Shown: positions 32,543 through 42,870 of the stretch, piece by piece
Numbering within the stretch: the first letter of the stretch is position 1
Layout of the letters: the number at the start of each line of letters is the position of its first letter
Source of the DNA: a virus
Taxonomy: Duplodnaviria; Caudoviricetes
IMG/VR virus record: IMGVR_UViG_3300032053_000073
Coordinates: 1 to 61,172 of that record
Strand: one strand, 5' to 3'
DNA length: 61,172 nucleotides
Notes under the pieces: generated by a model
Told to the model about the DNA's origin: nothing
Database searches by the model: none
What the model saw: only the letters and a program-made list of their open reading frames with translations
Translations under genes and position numbers: made by a program

Positions 32543-32695
32543 TCAGATTGGTACCTTCCAGGTTTAGATAAGGGTATATGCTATTATTACTATGCTTCAT
32601 TACTTAGAAGCTTATCACAATTTATAGATGATTGAGATGCTTTTATTTGCTGCGTTTAAATTATGTAAATGTATGAAAATACAACGAAAATATAT

Positions 32696-32842
32696 TTAAT
32701 TAATTTCTTCTTCGAGCATTTCAACGACCGACTCGATAATAGATTTTATTAATTCATTATCGTCTGTTGTTGATGCAAATTTCAATAAATCAACAATTCG
32801 TTTTAACCGTTGTTTTTTAGTTGTTTTATTGGAATTTTCCAT
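32696..32842 (-). CDS. small hypothetical protein
   Basis: probable ATG at 32842, just after the preceding stop. Confidence 0.5.
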   Translation of the reverse strand: MENSNKTTKKQRLKRIVDLLKFASTTDDNELIKSIIESVVEMLEEEIN

Positions 32843-32843
32843 G

Positions 32844-33041
32844 TTATTTTGAGTAGCGATCCCGTGCCCACCCACCGCCATTTAGGATAAATCCATTCTG
32901 AGACGCAATTAATCGCTTTACTTTTGCTGGAGCCCTTCCTTCTTTAATACATAAAGGGCATTCTTCAATCTGTTCCGTTATCGAATGATACTCTTCAAAT
33001 TCCTTGTCGCAGCTTGGGCAAAAATAAATGTATGTGGGCAT
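32844..33041 (-). CDS. FmdB-family zinc ribbon protein
   Basis: MPTYxYxCxxC..FE..CPxC..F.LNGGGW. Confidence 0.85.
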   Translation of the reverse strand: MPTYIYFCPSCDKEFEEYHSITEQIEECPLCIKEGRAPAKVKRLIASQNGFILNGGGWARDRYSK

Positions 33042-33047
33042 GATATT

Positions 33048-33275
33048 TTAGTTAATATTGTATTGTGTGTGCAACTTAATCTCTTTTTTTAATTCGTCAA
33101 TGGCTTCCTGAATTGTTTGTATTTCAAAATGAATTTCTCTAATTCTTATTAATTTATCTTCCGCTGATTTAGCAGATACTTCTAATTCATTTAATTCTTC
33201 CATTAGTGATAATAACTGCTCTGACAAAGATTGCAAGGTTAACGCAATATTTAGTTTTTTGTCAGAATTAAACAT
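33048..33275 (-). CDS. coiled-coil hypothetical protein
   Basis: heptad pattern. Confidence 0.55.
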   Translation of the reverse strand: MFNSDKKLNIALTLQSLSEQLLSLMEELNELEVSAKSAEDKLIRIREIHFEIQTIQEAIDELKKEIKLHTQYNIN

Positions 33276-33580
33276 TATTTACCACGACGATCAATTTTTC
33301 GCTGCAATTTCTCATATTGTCCTTCGCCCAATAAATTTGAATATAATTTTTCGGATCTTGATGCGTCAGCCTGTAATTGCTTTGCGTCACCCTTAATTTT
33401 ATTAAGCAAGTCTTGCCCGTATAGCTCAACAGTACCCCGGTTAGTGCCACAGATAACCCTCTTAGCGGTCTCTTTGCTGCATTTTGGGCATGTGGTCGGT
33501 GGCTCCTTGGTAGTGCTGTAAAAGTCTTCCCATTCGTTATTACATGAATCGTCAGTGCAAATATGAGCGTATGTAGGCAT
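33275..33580 (-). CDS. FmdB-like zinc ribbon protein
   Basis: MPTYxHxC..C..CPKC..KRVI. Confidence 0.75.
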   Translation of the reverse strand: MPTYAHICTDDSCNNEWEDFYSTTKEPPTTCPKCSKETAKRVICGTNRGTVELYGQDLLNKIKGDAKQLQADASRSEKLYSNLLGEGQYEKLQRKIDRRGK

Positions 33581-33581
33581 T

Positions 33582-33758
33582 TTATATCTCTAAAATTAAT
33601 TGTTTGTCAACTACTTTAAATTCTATATCACGAGTCCAATCTTTTTTAATAGATTGTTTATATTTTTCGTTAGTTATTTCAAAAACCAAATATAGCCTAT
33701 CTTCTTTTTCGATGTATTCAACTCTAACGGCAGACCCTACAACTTCTTTGTTTTGCAT
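33582..33758 (-). CDS. 58-aa hypothetical protein (not in ORF track)
   Basis: MQNKEVVGSAVRVEYIE...LILEI*; AAGGA RBS. Confidence 0.6.
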   Translation of the reverse strand: MQNKEVVGSAVRVEYIEKEDRLYLVFEITNEKYKQSIKKDWTRDIEFKVVDKQLILEI

Positions 33759-35686
33759 AACGTTTCCTTATATTTAACCCAATCACTTTCCCATATTGAA
33801 ATGACTTTTAATCCAATGCTTTTTAAGAAATTTTCTTTTTCAACGGTTTCTTCGTACAATTGAGAGAATTTTATTTTATTTAACTTGTTTATACCGTCCG
33901 GAGGATATATATTTGGGTTTCCGTGCCAATAATCTCCGTTATATTCGTATATTATATTGTTAATAGTATCATATCCGTCCGGAAAGAACGATCTGCCATT
34001 TATTGTCAATTTGTTGTTTCTAAATTCAGAGGGTATTTTAAGATGATCTAACCATTCAGACTCTCCTCGTGAAACTAATTTAGAACAATTAGGGCACCCA
34101 CTACCTCTTAAATGGGAGGCTACGGTTTGTGTGAAAACATTGTGGCGTGGACAAATTATTTTAATTTTATCCATAACAATACAGAATTTAACTAAATCAT
34201 ATATATATTTACCCCTGTGAATTAAGTAAGCCTTTTGATTAAATTGATCTAATGTTAAGCGTTCCGTCTCATATGCGCATTGCCTACATCTAGAACCATT
34301 CATATGTGAAAACGCTTTAACTTTAATCAAATTATGTTTAGGGCACAATATGCGTATTATATCATTAAAAGATTTTATTGAAATTACCGGCGAATAATCG
34401 TAAAAATTATTATGAGACGATCCTGCTTTTTCTTTAAAAAAAATTGCGTTGCGTTTATATCTAGTTTCCGCCTTGCATTTTGGACAACCATATCCGCCTA
34501 AATGATGGTGCGGAATCACGGAGAACGGCCCGTGCGTTTTACAGCCTATATTCACCGCACAGTTTAGGTTTTTAAAATCAAGATCAAGATAAGTATATTT
34601 ATTTCCATGATATTTAACAGAATTTTTAATAAACTTATACTTTCTAGCCGGAATTGTAGAATTGATAACCTCATGCTTTCTGCATCTTGGACATCCGGTT
34701 ATTAAATGATGTTTCGCTTTCTGCTTAAACTTGCCATGAGTTAAACATGTGATGGTTATTAAGTCGTCCATTTTTTTAAAATTAACTAATGAATAATCGC
34801 ATTGGCCATTAAATGTTTTTTGTGATTTAATTGTGAATTCATGTACTGATAGTGATCTTTTTTCTGCTCGAAGTTCTTTGCGACAACCTGGGCACCCAAA
34901 TCCTTTTAAATGTACTATGGGCGCTTGCCAAAATTTTCCATGATCTTTGCATAATACTAATACTTTAGTGCTTCGATTCACATATTCGCTTAAGTAACTA
35001 TACTTGAAATTGTAAACTATATTCGCTAACGCTTTAAAATTTTTATAATATTTAGATTTTTTCTTATTTGCGGAGCTTCTACTACATTTTGGACAACCAG
35101 CACCATTTAAGTGATTTGCTGGAATTTGCCAAAACTCGCCATGCACTGGACAAATAATTAATATGGGCGCGCTTCTATTCACGTAAATTGATTTCGAGTA
35201 GTCATACCCATTATGTTTTTTTAATGCTTCAATAATAAAGGCAGCTATTGGTTTTGATCGTTTTCGTGCAGAGTTTTTTTTAGAACATTCCACGCAGCCA
35301 TGCCCAATCAAATGGTTTGACGGAGACTGTGAAAAATCTCCGTGCATTAGACATGTTATTGTTAACGCGGTAGTATAATCAACATATACAGATTTAAGAT
35401 AAGAATATTTATTATTATGTATTTTCCCTGCCCTTTTAAAAAAGATATTTCCGGTTAATGTTATTTTTTTTGCGCCGGCCTCTTTGCCACATTCTTTGCA
35501 TCCGTGTCCTACTAAATGGTTTAATGGAAGTTGATAAAATTCTCCATGAATTGGGCAAATAATTAATATTTTCGTTTTAGCGTTAATATAAATAGATTTT
35601 GAATAATCAAATTTGTTTCCAAATTTATTTTTCGCTCTCTTAAGGAAATGCTTAAAACAATTTTCTGTGCTTTTACTTCCATTCAT
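33737..35686 (-). CDS. Zn-repeat (x8) + Vsr/EDxHD-like endonuclease
   Basis: eight CxxH(G/N)..H(L/M)..CxxC repeats; SRGE..PDGY..YEYNGDYWHG. Confidence 0.8.
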   Translation of the reverse strand: MNGSKSTENCFKHFLKRAKNKFGNKFDYSKSIYINAKTKILIICPIHGEFYQLPLNHLVGHGCKECGKEAGAKKITLTGNIFFKRAGKIHNNKYSYLKSVYVDYTTALTITCLMHGDFSQSPSNHLIGHGCVECSKKNSARKRSKPIAAFIIEALKKHNGYDYSKSIYVNRSAPILIICPVHGEFWQIPANHLNGAGCPKCSRSSANKKKSKYYKNFKALANIVYNFKYSYLSEYVNRSTKVLVLCKDHGKFWQAPIVHLKGFGCPGCRKELRAEKRSLSVHEFTIKSQKTFNGQCDYSLVNFKKMDDLITITCLTHGKFKQKAKHHLITGCPRCRKHEVINSTIPARKYKFIKNSVKYHGNKYTYLDLDFKNLNCAVNIGCKTHGPFSVIPHHHLGGYGCPKCKAETRYKRNAIFFKEKAGSSHNNFYDYSPVISIKSFNDIIRILCPKHNLIKVKAFSHMNGSRCRQCAYETERLTLDQFNQKAYLIHRGKYIYDLVKFCIVMDKIKIICPRHNVFTQTVASHLRGSGCPNCSKLVSRGESEWLDHLKIPSEFRNNKLTINGRSFFPDGYDTINNIIYEYNGDYWHGNPNIYPPDGINKLNKIKFSQLYEETVEKENFLKSIGLKVISIWESDWVKYKETLCKTKKL

Positions 35687-37137
35687 TATTCTAATTTTTC
35701 AAGCTTTTCAGAAATATCATCTATACTATATAAATCATACGTGCTTGTGTCAGGCTCATATCTTTCATCAATTAGAGTTGCGCATTTTAGATTTTTTATT
35801 AACCTGCCTTTACCGAGCATGCCATCTCTATTCTTAATAATAGCGTACTCCATGCAAGAATGGAGATCTTCATTCTTGTTATGTTTTATTAATTGTAAAG
35901 CAATATTCGCGTTCATAATCACAAGGGCCGATCTACCGATTCTATGCATACCAACGGCATCTTCAGATTCTTTACCCGCCTTTATTCTATTTAATTGTAC
36001 GGCGCTTAAGACAATAATATTATGAACGCGGGCAAACTCATGGATTTTCTCGGCAATTTTTCCAAGTTTCAGCCAATCATCCATATCTTTTCCACCATCA
36101 TAATCCATTAGACCGAGATAATCTATGACCACAACCTTTGGATTAAATTGAGATTTTGCATCTTCAAACATTTGTTCCATTGCTTCCATTGTTGCGCCAC
36201 GAGGAATATCAATGATTTCAAATTGATTAGGGTAGTTTTTAATAAATTTTAAGGCTTTTTTTATTCTACCCATATCCTCTTGATTTAATTTAGCATTTCG
36301 AATTTTTTGTGATGGAACATTGGCAAGTCTTGACATGACACGATTTAATGTTGGTTTGAAAGGCATTTCTAATGAAAAATACAATACATCGATTCCTTTG
36401 GTAAATTCCGATTCCATATCTATTGTATTATTTTGCATCCATAATTGTATTGCCATATTCATTAGCAGCATACTTTTACCGCCACCACTTTCTGCGCCAA
36501 TCAATAAAAGCTCTCCTGGTCTTAATCCATCTGTAGCATGATCAAGAAAAGAGTATCCTGTAAGAAGCCCTTTGTCAAAGGTAGGGTTATCCATCTTTGC
36601 ATTATATTCTTCTTTAAATTGACCGACAGAGTCTTTTAATGTTTTGCGCTCATATGATTTTACTTGATTTAGCGCTTTGACATTCTGTGTGACTTTTTGA
36701 AGTTCAACCAATTGTTTATTTACGTCTATTCTGCCTACTTCTAAACCGGCCAATTTATCTTTTAATTCTAGGAGTTCTTTTTCAGCATATCTTTTTTTAA
36801 GTCTTTCAAGATCGAATTTATATTCCCTATCATCATAAGATACAGAGTCTATTTCTTTCCAAACATTTTCAACATAATCAATTAATTTATTATTAGTTTT
36901 ACCAAGTTTTTCAATAATAACCCGTTTAGTCGGTGTATCTTTATATGTTTTGATGTAAGATAGGATTAGTGTTGCAAAATTCCAAATATCTGGTTCAAAT
37001 AATTTGGCATCATATTCGTTTGCAAAATCAGCCGAATGTTTTTTATTTGATATCAGAGTTTTAAGAATATGTAAATCTAAAGTTGAGAATGACATGTAGT
37101 AATTAACCTTTCTTGATCTTTCTAAAATCTTCGCCAA
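35686..37137 (-). CDS. dnaB: DnaB-like replicative helicase
   Basis: GAESGGGKS, YFSLEM, VVIDYL, VQLNR, IIKNRDG. Confidence 0.9.
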   Translation of the reverse strand: MAKILERSRKVNYYMSFSTLDLHILKTLISNKKHSADFANEYDAKLFEPDIWNFATLILSYIKTYKDTPTKRVIIEKLGKTNNKLIDYVENVWKEIDSVSYDDREYKFDLERLKKRYAEKELLELKDKLAGLEVGRIDVNKQLVELQKVTQNVKALNQVKSYERKTLKDSVGQFKEEYNAKMDNPTFDKGLLTGYSFLDHATDGLRPGELLLIGAESGGGKSMLLMNMAIQLWMQNNTIDMESEFTKGIDVLYFSLEMPFKPTLNRVMSRLANVPSQKIRNAKLNQEDMGRIKKALKFIKNYPNQFEIIDIPRGATMEAMEQMFEDAKSQFNPKVVVIDYLGLMDYDGGKDMDDWLKLGKIAEKIHEFARVHNIIVLSAVQLNRIKAGKESEDAVGMHRIGRSALVIMNANIALQLIKHNKNEDLHSCMEYAIIKNRDGMLGKGRLIKNLKCATLIDERYEPDTSTYDLYSIDDISEKLEKLE

Positions 37138-37813
37138 AAACAGGCACTATTTGCATGCTGTTTGAGAATAAGCTTCCAAGGCTTTGTTTTAATGCCCCGG
37201 TAAAACTCTCTAATATATTTGGGCTATTGGTACAGATAATAGTTGGTAGTTTATTTTGTTTTCTGGTTCTGAATATTGATTCAAGGTTTTTTGCGTATAA
37301 TTCATTTGCAGCTTCCGAAGAAGAGAAGAAGCGGATATCAACTTCATCAATTACTAGAAAATCAACAATTGACAGCTCTCGTTTGGCAAGGAACTTTTCT
37401 TCGGACGATGCCTGTGTTATTACAGATATAATATTTGTCATTTCGGAATATTGACAAGAGAATCCTTTTTGTGAAGCTTTTTTAAGTATTGAAATTGATG
37501 AAAAGCTTTTGCCTACTCCATGTGGGCCGGCAAAACAAATTGAAGTGCCGTTAGTATAGGCAAATTTCAAATCATTTACAACTTCTTCATATTTTGCTAA
37601 TAATGATTTATCGCCAATAAAATCTCTTTCCATTTTTAGCTCCCAGTATTCTAATGGAATATTTGATTCGGCATATCGATTATAGGCTATTGATTTTATA
37701 TTTTTGGTATCTGTCGAATCATTTGAGTTTTCTATTGTTAATAATTTTTCCTGTATTTTTCTTTGAGGTATATTGTTTAATGCTTTTGATCTGGAAAAAT
37801 AATCTTGCGACAT
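37103..37813 (-). CDS. DnaC/IstB-like helicase loader ATPase
   Basis: GPHGVGKS, FLVIDEV, PTIICTN, GEDFR; adjacent to dnaB. Confidence 0.85.
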   Translation of the reverse strand: MSQDYFSRSKALNNIPQRKIQEKLLTIENSNDSTDTKNIKSIAYNRYAESNIPLEYWELKMERDFIGDKSLLAKYEEVVNDLKFAYTNGTSICFAGPHGVGKSFSSISILKKASQKGFSCQYSEMTNIISVITQASSEEKFLAKRELSIVDFLVIDEVDIRFFSSSEAANELYAKNLESIFRTRKQNKLPTIICTNSPNILESFTGALKQSLGSLFSNSMQIVPVFGEDFRKIKKG

Positions 37814-38197
37814 TTATTTTGACCCCGTAAATGGATTTTGGTATTTTATTTGTTTGGAATATATTGGAGAGTGTTCTTTTAACTTTTCTGATATAATCTT
37901 TTTTTCTTGTTCTAATTGAAGTTTTCTAAGTTCAATTAATGATTTTATTTTAAAATATTTATCATCTTGATTAATGGTTTCCGGTTGTTTTTCCACATGT
38001 TGTTTTGGCTTTGGCTTTATAATATCAAGAAATATTTTAACGGCTATTACATCTTCAGAAACATTTTGAATTATGAAACGCGATTTACCATCCATAGATA
38101 TTAACACCGCATTTTGGTTTGTCCAATGTTCCACAAATCCATCTGCGCATATTGAATTTTTAAAAAATACCTTAACAAATTGATTTTTTTCTATCAT
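37814..38197 (-). CDS. hypothetical protein
   Basis: ORF. Confidence 0.6.
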   Translation of the reverse strand: MIEKNQFVKVFFKNSICADGFVEHWTNQNAVLISMDGKSRFIIQNVSEDVIAVKIFLDIIKPKPKQHVEKQPETINQDDKYFKIKSLIELRKLQLEQEKKIISEKLKEHSPIYSKQIKYQNPFTGSK

Positions 38198-38234
38198 TAT
38201 ATATTTTTAATCCTTTTTTTTAATATTCAAAATT

Positions 38235-38434
38235 TCAAATAAAAGCGGCTAATAATTCTATTTGTTCTTTGGTCAACCTAATATTATTAGGAAATTTATT
38301 CGCTCATGTTTAATCCAATATTCAAAATATGTTCCGTTATTAAGTTCAACAGCAGGACCATCTTCTCGATGCCATTTGCCGTTTTTATACCAAAACTTAT
38401 TTCCGTATTCGTCTATTTCTAATCCATTTTTCAT
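38235..38434 (-). pseudogene. frameshifted single-repeat HREDGPA protein, paralogue of 53675..54151
   Basis: MKNGLEIDEYGNKFWYKNGKWHREDGPAVE..INF, 1-nt deletion, then PNNIRLTKEQIELLAAFI*. Confidence 0.7.
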
Positions 38435-38444
38435 ATTCAAGATC

Positions 38445-38629
38445 TCACATGAAAGTGATATATAGTTCCATTTGGTCTTTTGTTAATCTAATATTATTCG
38501 GAAAATTAAGTTGTTTTCCATCAAGCCAATATTCAAAATATGTTCCGTTTTTTGTTTCAATAGCAGGACCATCTTCTCGATGAAATTCGTCGTTTTTATA
38601 CCAGTTTACGGAATAATCTATAAGTTCAT
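38445..38629 (-). pseudogene. 5'-degraded HREDGPA protein paralogue
   Basis: ..NWYKNDEFHREDGPAIETKNGTYFEYWLDGKQLNFPNNIRLTKDQMELYITFM*, no in-frame ATG. Confidence 0.65.
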
Positions 38630-38634
38630 GTTAA

Positions 38635-39972
38635 TCAAATGACTTTTTTCAACGTTTCAAAACTAAATCCAATAATTTTTAATTCTTCGAATGCCGCCAA
38701 CACCCTTTCCCCTGGATTTTGCATTTGAACTAAAAATGCTAGATCCCCGTATGTATTAATGCTTAATCCGGCCTTATCAAGAATTGATTTATATTCAATT
38801 GGTAAAGGAAAAGATCTGCTTAATTGAATTTTATGGCTATTTGTAAACAAGTATTTCATCTTATATTCGACCGACAGGCTTTCTACTGTTAAAAACGCTA
38901 TCGATGTTAATTTTCGTTTAGCTTCCTTTACACGTGTCTTAAAAACCCAATCAATATAAGATTTTAATATTTCCGGATCCGAGCTTATCATTGATGCTAA
39001 CTTTTTAATCTGAAACATTTCATAACAATTAGATGGTTTAGGGCTATTGAATTTAAACTTATATTTTTCATTATAATGCTGCTCGTATTTATTACAAAAA
39101 TACGCCAATACATTAATCGGTCTCCATGCCTTTATCTCCAATTTATCTGTTTCCAAAAACTTATCAAAAAACTTCTTATAAGCATCATTTGGGTAATCAG
39201 AGAAGCTTCCAACAATATCATCATTATTTTGAATCGTCTTCGCCATCTTGCGCAACCTTTTATTTGTTAAAATTTTGTTAATCTTTTTTGTTATTTTAGT
39301 ATCAATCACAATGTAAGAAAATGTAAGCCGCTTAACTATGCTAAACATATTAGAAGTTGAAACATTATATATTTTAGCTAATTTTGTTATTGAATATTTG
39401 CCAGTAGAAAAATCAGATAATATATTTATTGCTATATCTTTGTTTATTTTTTTTCTTTTGCTTGACTTGTATTTTTTACATCTTACGCGCTCAATTAACT
39501 CTTTAGGTATTTCATGATCTTTAGAGAATATTAATCTTGTGATATCAAAAATTCTATAGTAAGAGATACCATGTTTATTAGCCATGTCTCTAACCTTTAA
39601 CCCTTCACAATAACCTGTCAATACGTCGCAAATTAACTTTTTATTAAGCGATAATTTATAAATCGATCCAGCTTTTCCCCCGGACGTTTCATTATAGCCA
39701 TATTTAGCTTTATTTGATTGGTATTGGTTTATATATTTGACTTCGGCAGCGTAAGCTAAATCAGAACTTCCGAACTTTTCAAGCTCAATTATATTAAAAT
39801 TATCCTTGCCATACTTAGCAATAGCGTGATTGATGGCATATTTGTTTTTATCATTTTTGAAATTGGAAATTTTTGCATGTTCAGCAAATCTCTGATCTAT
39901 TGTCTTTTTAGTAACGCCAACGTAAACTTTGTTATTAACAGAGTTTCTAATTAGATAGCAGCAATGTTCCAC
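38635..39972 (-). CDS. GIY-YIG endonuclease fused in frame to a phage protein (internal start about 39246)
   Basis: CYLI..KVYVG, GYNETSGG, HTH motifs; then an unrelated helical domain from MAKTIQ. Confidence 0.75.
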   Translation of the reverse strand: MEHCCYLIRNSVNNKVYVGVTKKTIDQRFAEHAKISNFKNDKNKYAINHAIAKYGKDNFNIIELEKFGSSDLAYAAEVKYINQYQSNKAKYGYNETSGGKAGSIYKLSLNKKLICDVLTGYCEGLKVRDMANKHGISYYRIFDITRLIFSKDHEIPKELIERVRCKKYKSSKRKKINKDIAINILSDFSTGKYSITKLAKIYNVSTSNMFSIVKRLTFSYIVIDTKITKKINKILTNKRLRKMAKTIQNNDDIVGSFSDYPNDAYKKFFDKFLETDKLEIKAWRPINVLAYFCNKYEQHYNEKYKFKFNSPKPSNCYEMFQIKKLASMISSDPEILKSYIDWVFKTRVKEAKRKLTSIAFLTVESLSVEYKMKYLFTNSHKIQLSRSFPLPIEYKSILDKAGLSINTYGDLAFLVQMQNPGERVLAAFEELKIIGFSFETLKKVI

Positions 39973-39977
39973 GATGT

Positions 39978-41474
39978 TTATTCTGCGTGCCTATCAAGCT
40001 TATACATTTCTTTTGTCTTAAATATTTTGAACCCATTTTCGTTTTTATAAATACCATATCTTAACTCGGCATGCTTTTTTAGAAACTTAACTTGATCATA
40101 AAAATCAACAATGGCCGCAACCTTCTTACCAGGATATGAACGAATAACGCGGCCAATTCTTTGCAATGTACGAATACTGCTCTTTCCTCCGCCAGCTAAA
40201 ATTAGAGCATTAAGTACTGGTAAGTCTACTCCAATATCAAATATAGTGCTGGCCAGTATTAAGCTTATCTCTTTATTTTCCAACATTTTCTTAACTTCGG
40301 TCCTTCTTTCTAACGAATCATTACCATCTAATATTTCACATTTAATTCCACGTTCCTTCATCATCTCGAATAAAAGTGCCCCATGCTTTATCTGTTTAAA
40401 TAAAATAAGTGGAGTATATTTCTTTTCAAGCAATTCTTCTGCTTGCTGAATTATTAAATTATTCCTGGCCTCATTATCAACTATGTATGCCTTATATACT
40501 GTTTGATATTGCGCCATCTGCATATGTATTGGCGGAACTGAAATAAACTTAATTATTGGCTGAGCAAGAACTCCGCTTTTAATTAATAATGATGCACTAA
40601 CATCAATAATTTTTTCTCCAAGAATACCAGTAATAAGCATATCTGTTCCGTCATCACGATAAGGCGTACCAGAAAACCCAAGAATATGCTCAGGATCAAT
40701 TGTGTTAAGTATGTGCTTTATTGTGTCGGTAGTAATAACATGACTCTCATCAAAAATATGTAGCTTAGATATTTTTAACATATTCACAACCTGAGCCGCT
40801 TGTTCTTGGCTCGGCTCTTTCTCAACTAAATCATCCTCTTCATCAACAATGCCCTTTGGATTTAATTTTAATGATCTTCCAACTGTCCATATGCTTGCAA
40901 TGTTTATTCTCCTAACATTACATATTCCGTTTCCAATAAACCCAATCTCCTCATCAAATAAAGAGGAAAATAGATCGTGAAATTGTTGCAGCAAATCTAG
41001 CCCAATAACATATATGATGGTAGGCTTATTAACTTTTGCAGTTATCATAGCGGTGCAGATGGTCTTGCCACTACCTGTACACGCCCTAACTATACCCTTT
41101 GAATTATTTAACGATACCTCAACTATTTTTTCTTGATAATCTCTTGGAGTTATATTTATATTTTTTAATTTTTCTGTTAAATCAATACTTTCATTTGTAA
41201 TTACTTTTTTTCTATTGTCTGTAATTGTCGGATAATCTTTATTTTCAGCCAAAAACTCTTTGACATTGCTTAATAAACCAAGTAAAAAATATCCGTGTTT
41301 ATCCATTAAATATGTAATGCCACTCCACCCATTCTTATAAGCAGCTGTATATTCAACACCAACTGCCTTGTATGATAAATGTCTCTTGAGCTTGTTAAAT
41401 ATAACTATATTGTTCGTAATATACTGACAATGCTTATTATCATGAATTATTAGCTGGCTTACTGTTTCAATCAA
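39978..41474 (-). CDS. SF2 helicase (UvsW/XPB-like)
   Basis: PRDYQ, CTGSGKT, DESH, SGTP, GVDLP, QRIGRVIR. Confidence 0.9.
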   Translation of the reverse strand: MIETVSQLIIHDNKHCQYITNNIVIFNKLKRHLSYKAVGVEYTAAYKNGWSGITYLMDKHGYFLLGLLSNVKEFLAENKDYPTITDNRKKVITNESIDLTEKLKNINITPRDYQEKIVEVSLNNSKGIVRACTGSGKTICTAMITAKVNKPTIIYVIGLDLLQQFHDLFSSLFDEEIGFIGNGICNVRRINIASIWTVGRSLKLNPKGIVDEEDDLVEKEPSQEQAAQVVNMLKISKLHIFDESHVITTDTIKHILNTIDPEHILGFSGTPYRDDGTDMLITGILGEKIIDVSASLLIKSGVLAQPIIKFISVPPIHMQMAQYQTVYKAYIVDNEARNNLIIQQAEELLEKKYTPLILFKQIKHGALLFEMMKERGIKCEILDGNDSLERRTEVKKMLENKEISLILASTIFDIGVDLPVLNALILAGGGKSSIRTLQRIGRVIRSYPGKKVAAIVDFYDQVKFLKKHAELRYGIYKNENGFKIFKTKEMYKLDRHAE

Positions 41475-41521
41475 TTATATGCAGTCTCCTCTGCAATATA
41501 TATCGATATGCCAACCAATTA

Positions 41522-42013
41522 TTAACTCTTAGAGAACTTAATTACATGCATATTTTCCGATAATTTTTCATAATATTCATGTCGGAAAATCAGCGGATTC
41601 ACCCATGGAAATCTGACAACTGAATCGTACAATGTCTCGTCTATTGTTATTGGAATAATAGTGAGGTATATTTCAGATGCAAACTTTAACGCATCTTTAT
41701 ATATTGACCCACCACCTATGAACCAAATATCTTTGTCTATGTCTGATAATGCGACTGCTTCATCTGTTGATTTTACAATATGATTAAATAATGATGTCGG
41801 CCCAAGAATATTTGAAACAACTATATTTTTTCTGTTTGGAAGCGGCTTACCAATATCAATACAGGTTTGTCGCCCCATTATGATATTATGTCCAGTTGTC
41901 ATTTTTTTGAAAAACTGCATGTCCTCTTTATAATGCCATGGAATCATTGATCTGTCTTTTGTCTTTACTCCGATAATGCCGTTCATGGAAACTGCCGCAA
42001 TTATTTTTATCAT
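41522..42013 (-). CDS. folA: dihydrofolate reductase
   Basis: IPWHYKEDMQFFK, IMGR, PLPNRKN, IGGGSIY. Confidence 0.95.
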   Translation of the reverse strand: MIKIIAAVSMNGIIGVKTKDRSMIPWHYKEDMQFFKKMTTGHNIIMGRQTCIDIGKPLPNRKNIVVSNILGPTSLFNHIVKSTDEAVALSDIDKDIWFIGGGSIYKDALKFASEIYLTIIPITIDETLYDSVVRFPWVNPLIFRHEYYEKLSENMHVIKFSKS

Positions 42014-42870
42014 ATTGCCATATTTCCTTTTATTGCTGGGTGGCTAATATATCCGTCTAATTTAAAATTTTCAAATGACAAATCTTCCATATCTTCAATT
42101 GAACCTATATCTTTATTTATATTAAGCTTGGGGAACGGATATGGCTTACGAGATATTTGCTCTTTAACCTGATTTATATGATTGTTGTAAATATGAGTGT
42201 CGCCGCCAACAAATATTAATTCATTTGCTTTTAGACCAGATGCTTTTGCCATTAAATGAGTTAACGTGGCATAACAAACTAAATTATATCCAAGCCCTAA
42301 AAAGCTGTCAACGCTACGCATTTGAAATTGACAGCTTAATTCATCCCCGCTGACGTAAAATTGCATGAAAAAATGACATGGGTCCAATACGCAAAGCTTT
42401 GAAACATTGGGATTGTATGCACTAATAATAATCCTGCGACTCTCAGGATCCGTTTTAATTAATGACAATGCGTTTTTTAATTGATCCTCTCCGACTGTCT
42501 TTCCATCGCCAAAATTCCTCCATTGCGCTCCATACATCGGCCCAATCATACCTTCGCTGTAATGAAATAAATTACGACTATCCAAAAATTTGCGGCTTGT
42601 ATTCCCTCTCCAAATATTAACGCCTTTTTCCTCAAGCAATTTTGTATTCGTATCTCCTCGAATAAAAAACAATAGCTCCTCAATAATACCACGAACATGC
42701 ATTTTCTTTGAGGTTAATAATGGTATAGTGTTTTCCTTAAGAGAAAACCTTAATATTGTGCCGAAAATAGATTTAGTGCCAATTCCAGTCCTGTCATTTC
42801 GAGTCTCGCCATTCTCTAATATGTTTTTTAATAAGTCAAGGTAGTTCCGCTCCTCTTCGTTTTCCATCAC
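42010..42870 (-). CDS. thyA: thymidylate synthase
   Basis: DRTGIGT, GPMYGAQWR, SRR, PCH, QMRSVD, DTHIYNNH. Confidence 0.97.
   Translation of the reverse strand: MMENEEERNYLDLLKNILENGETRNDRTGIGTKSIFGTILRFSLKENTIPLLTSKKMHVRGIIEELLFFIRGDTNTKLLEEKGVNIWRGNTSRKFLDSRNLFHYSEGMIGPMYGAQWRNFGDGKTVGEDQLKNALSLIKTDPESRRIIISAYNPNVSKLCVLDPCHFFMQFYVSGDELSCQFQMRSVDSFLGLGYNLVCYATLTHLMAKASGLKANELIFVGGDTHIYNNHINQVKEQISRKPYPFPKLNINKDIGSIEDMEDLSFENFKLDGYISHPAIKGNMAI

Noticed and set aside
38445-38610. Possible DGR template repeat for 53675..54151
   Set aside because: Differences include many non-adenine, synonymous C/T changes (GCC/GCT, TAC/TAT, ATT/ATC), and no reverse transcriptase is in the window
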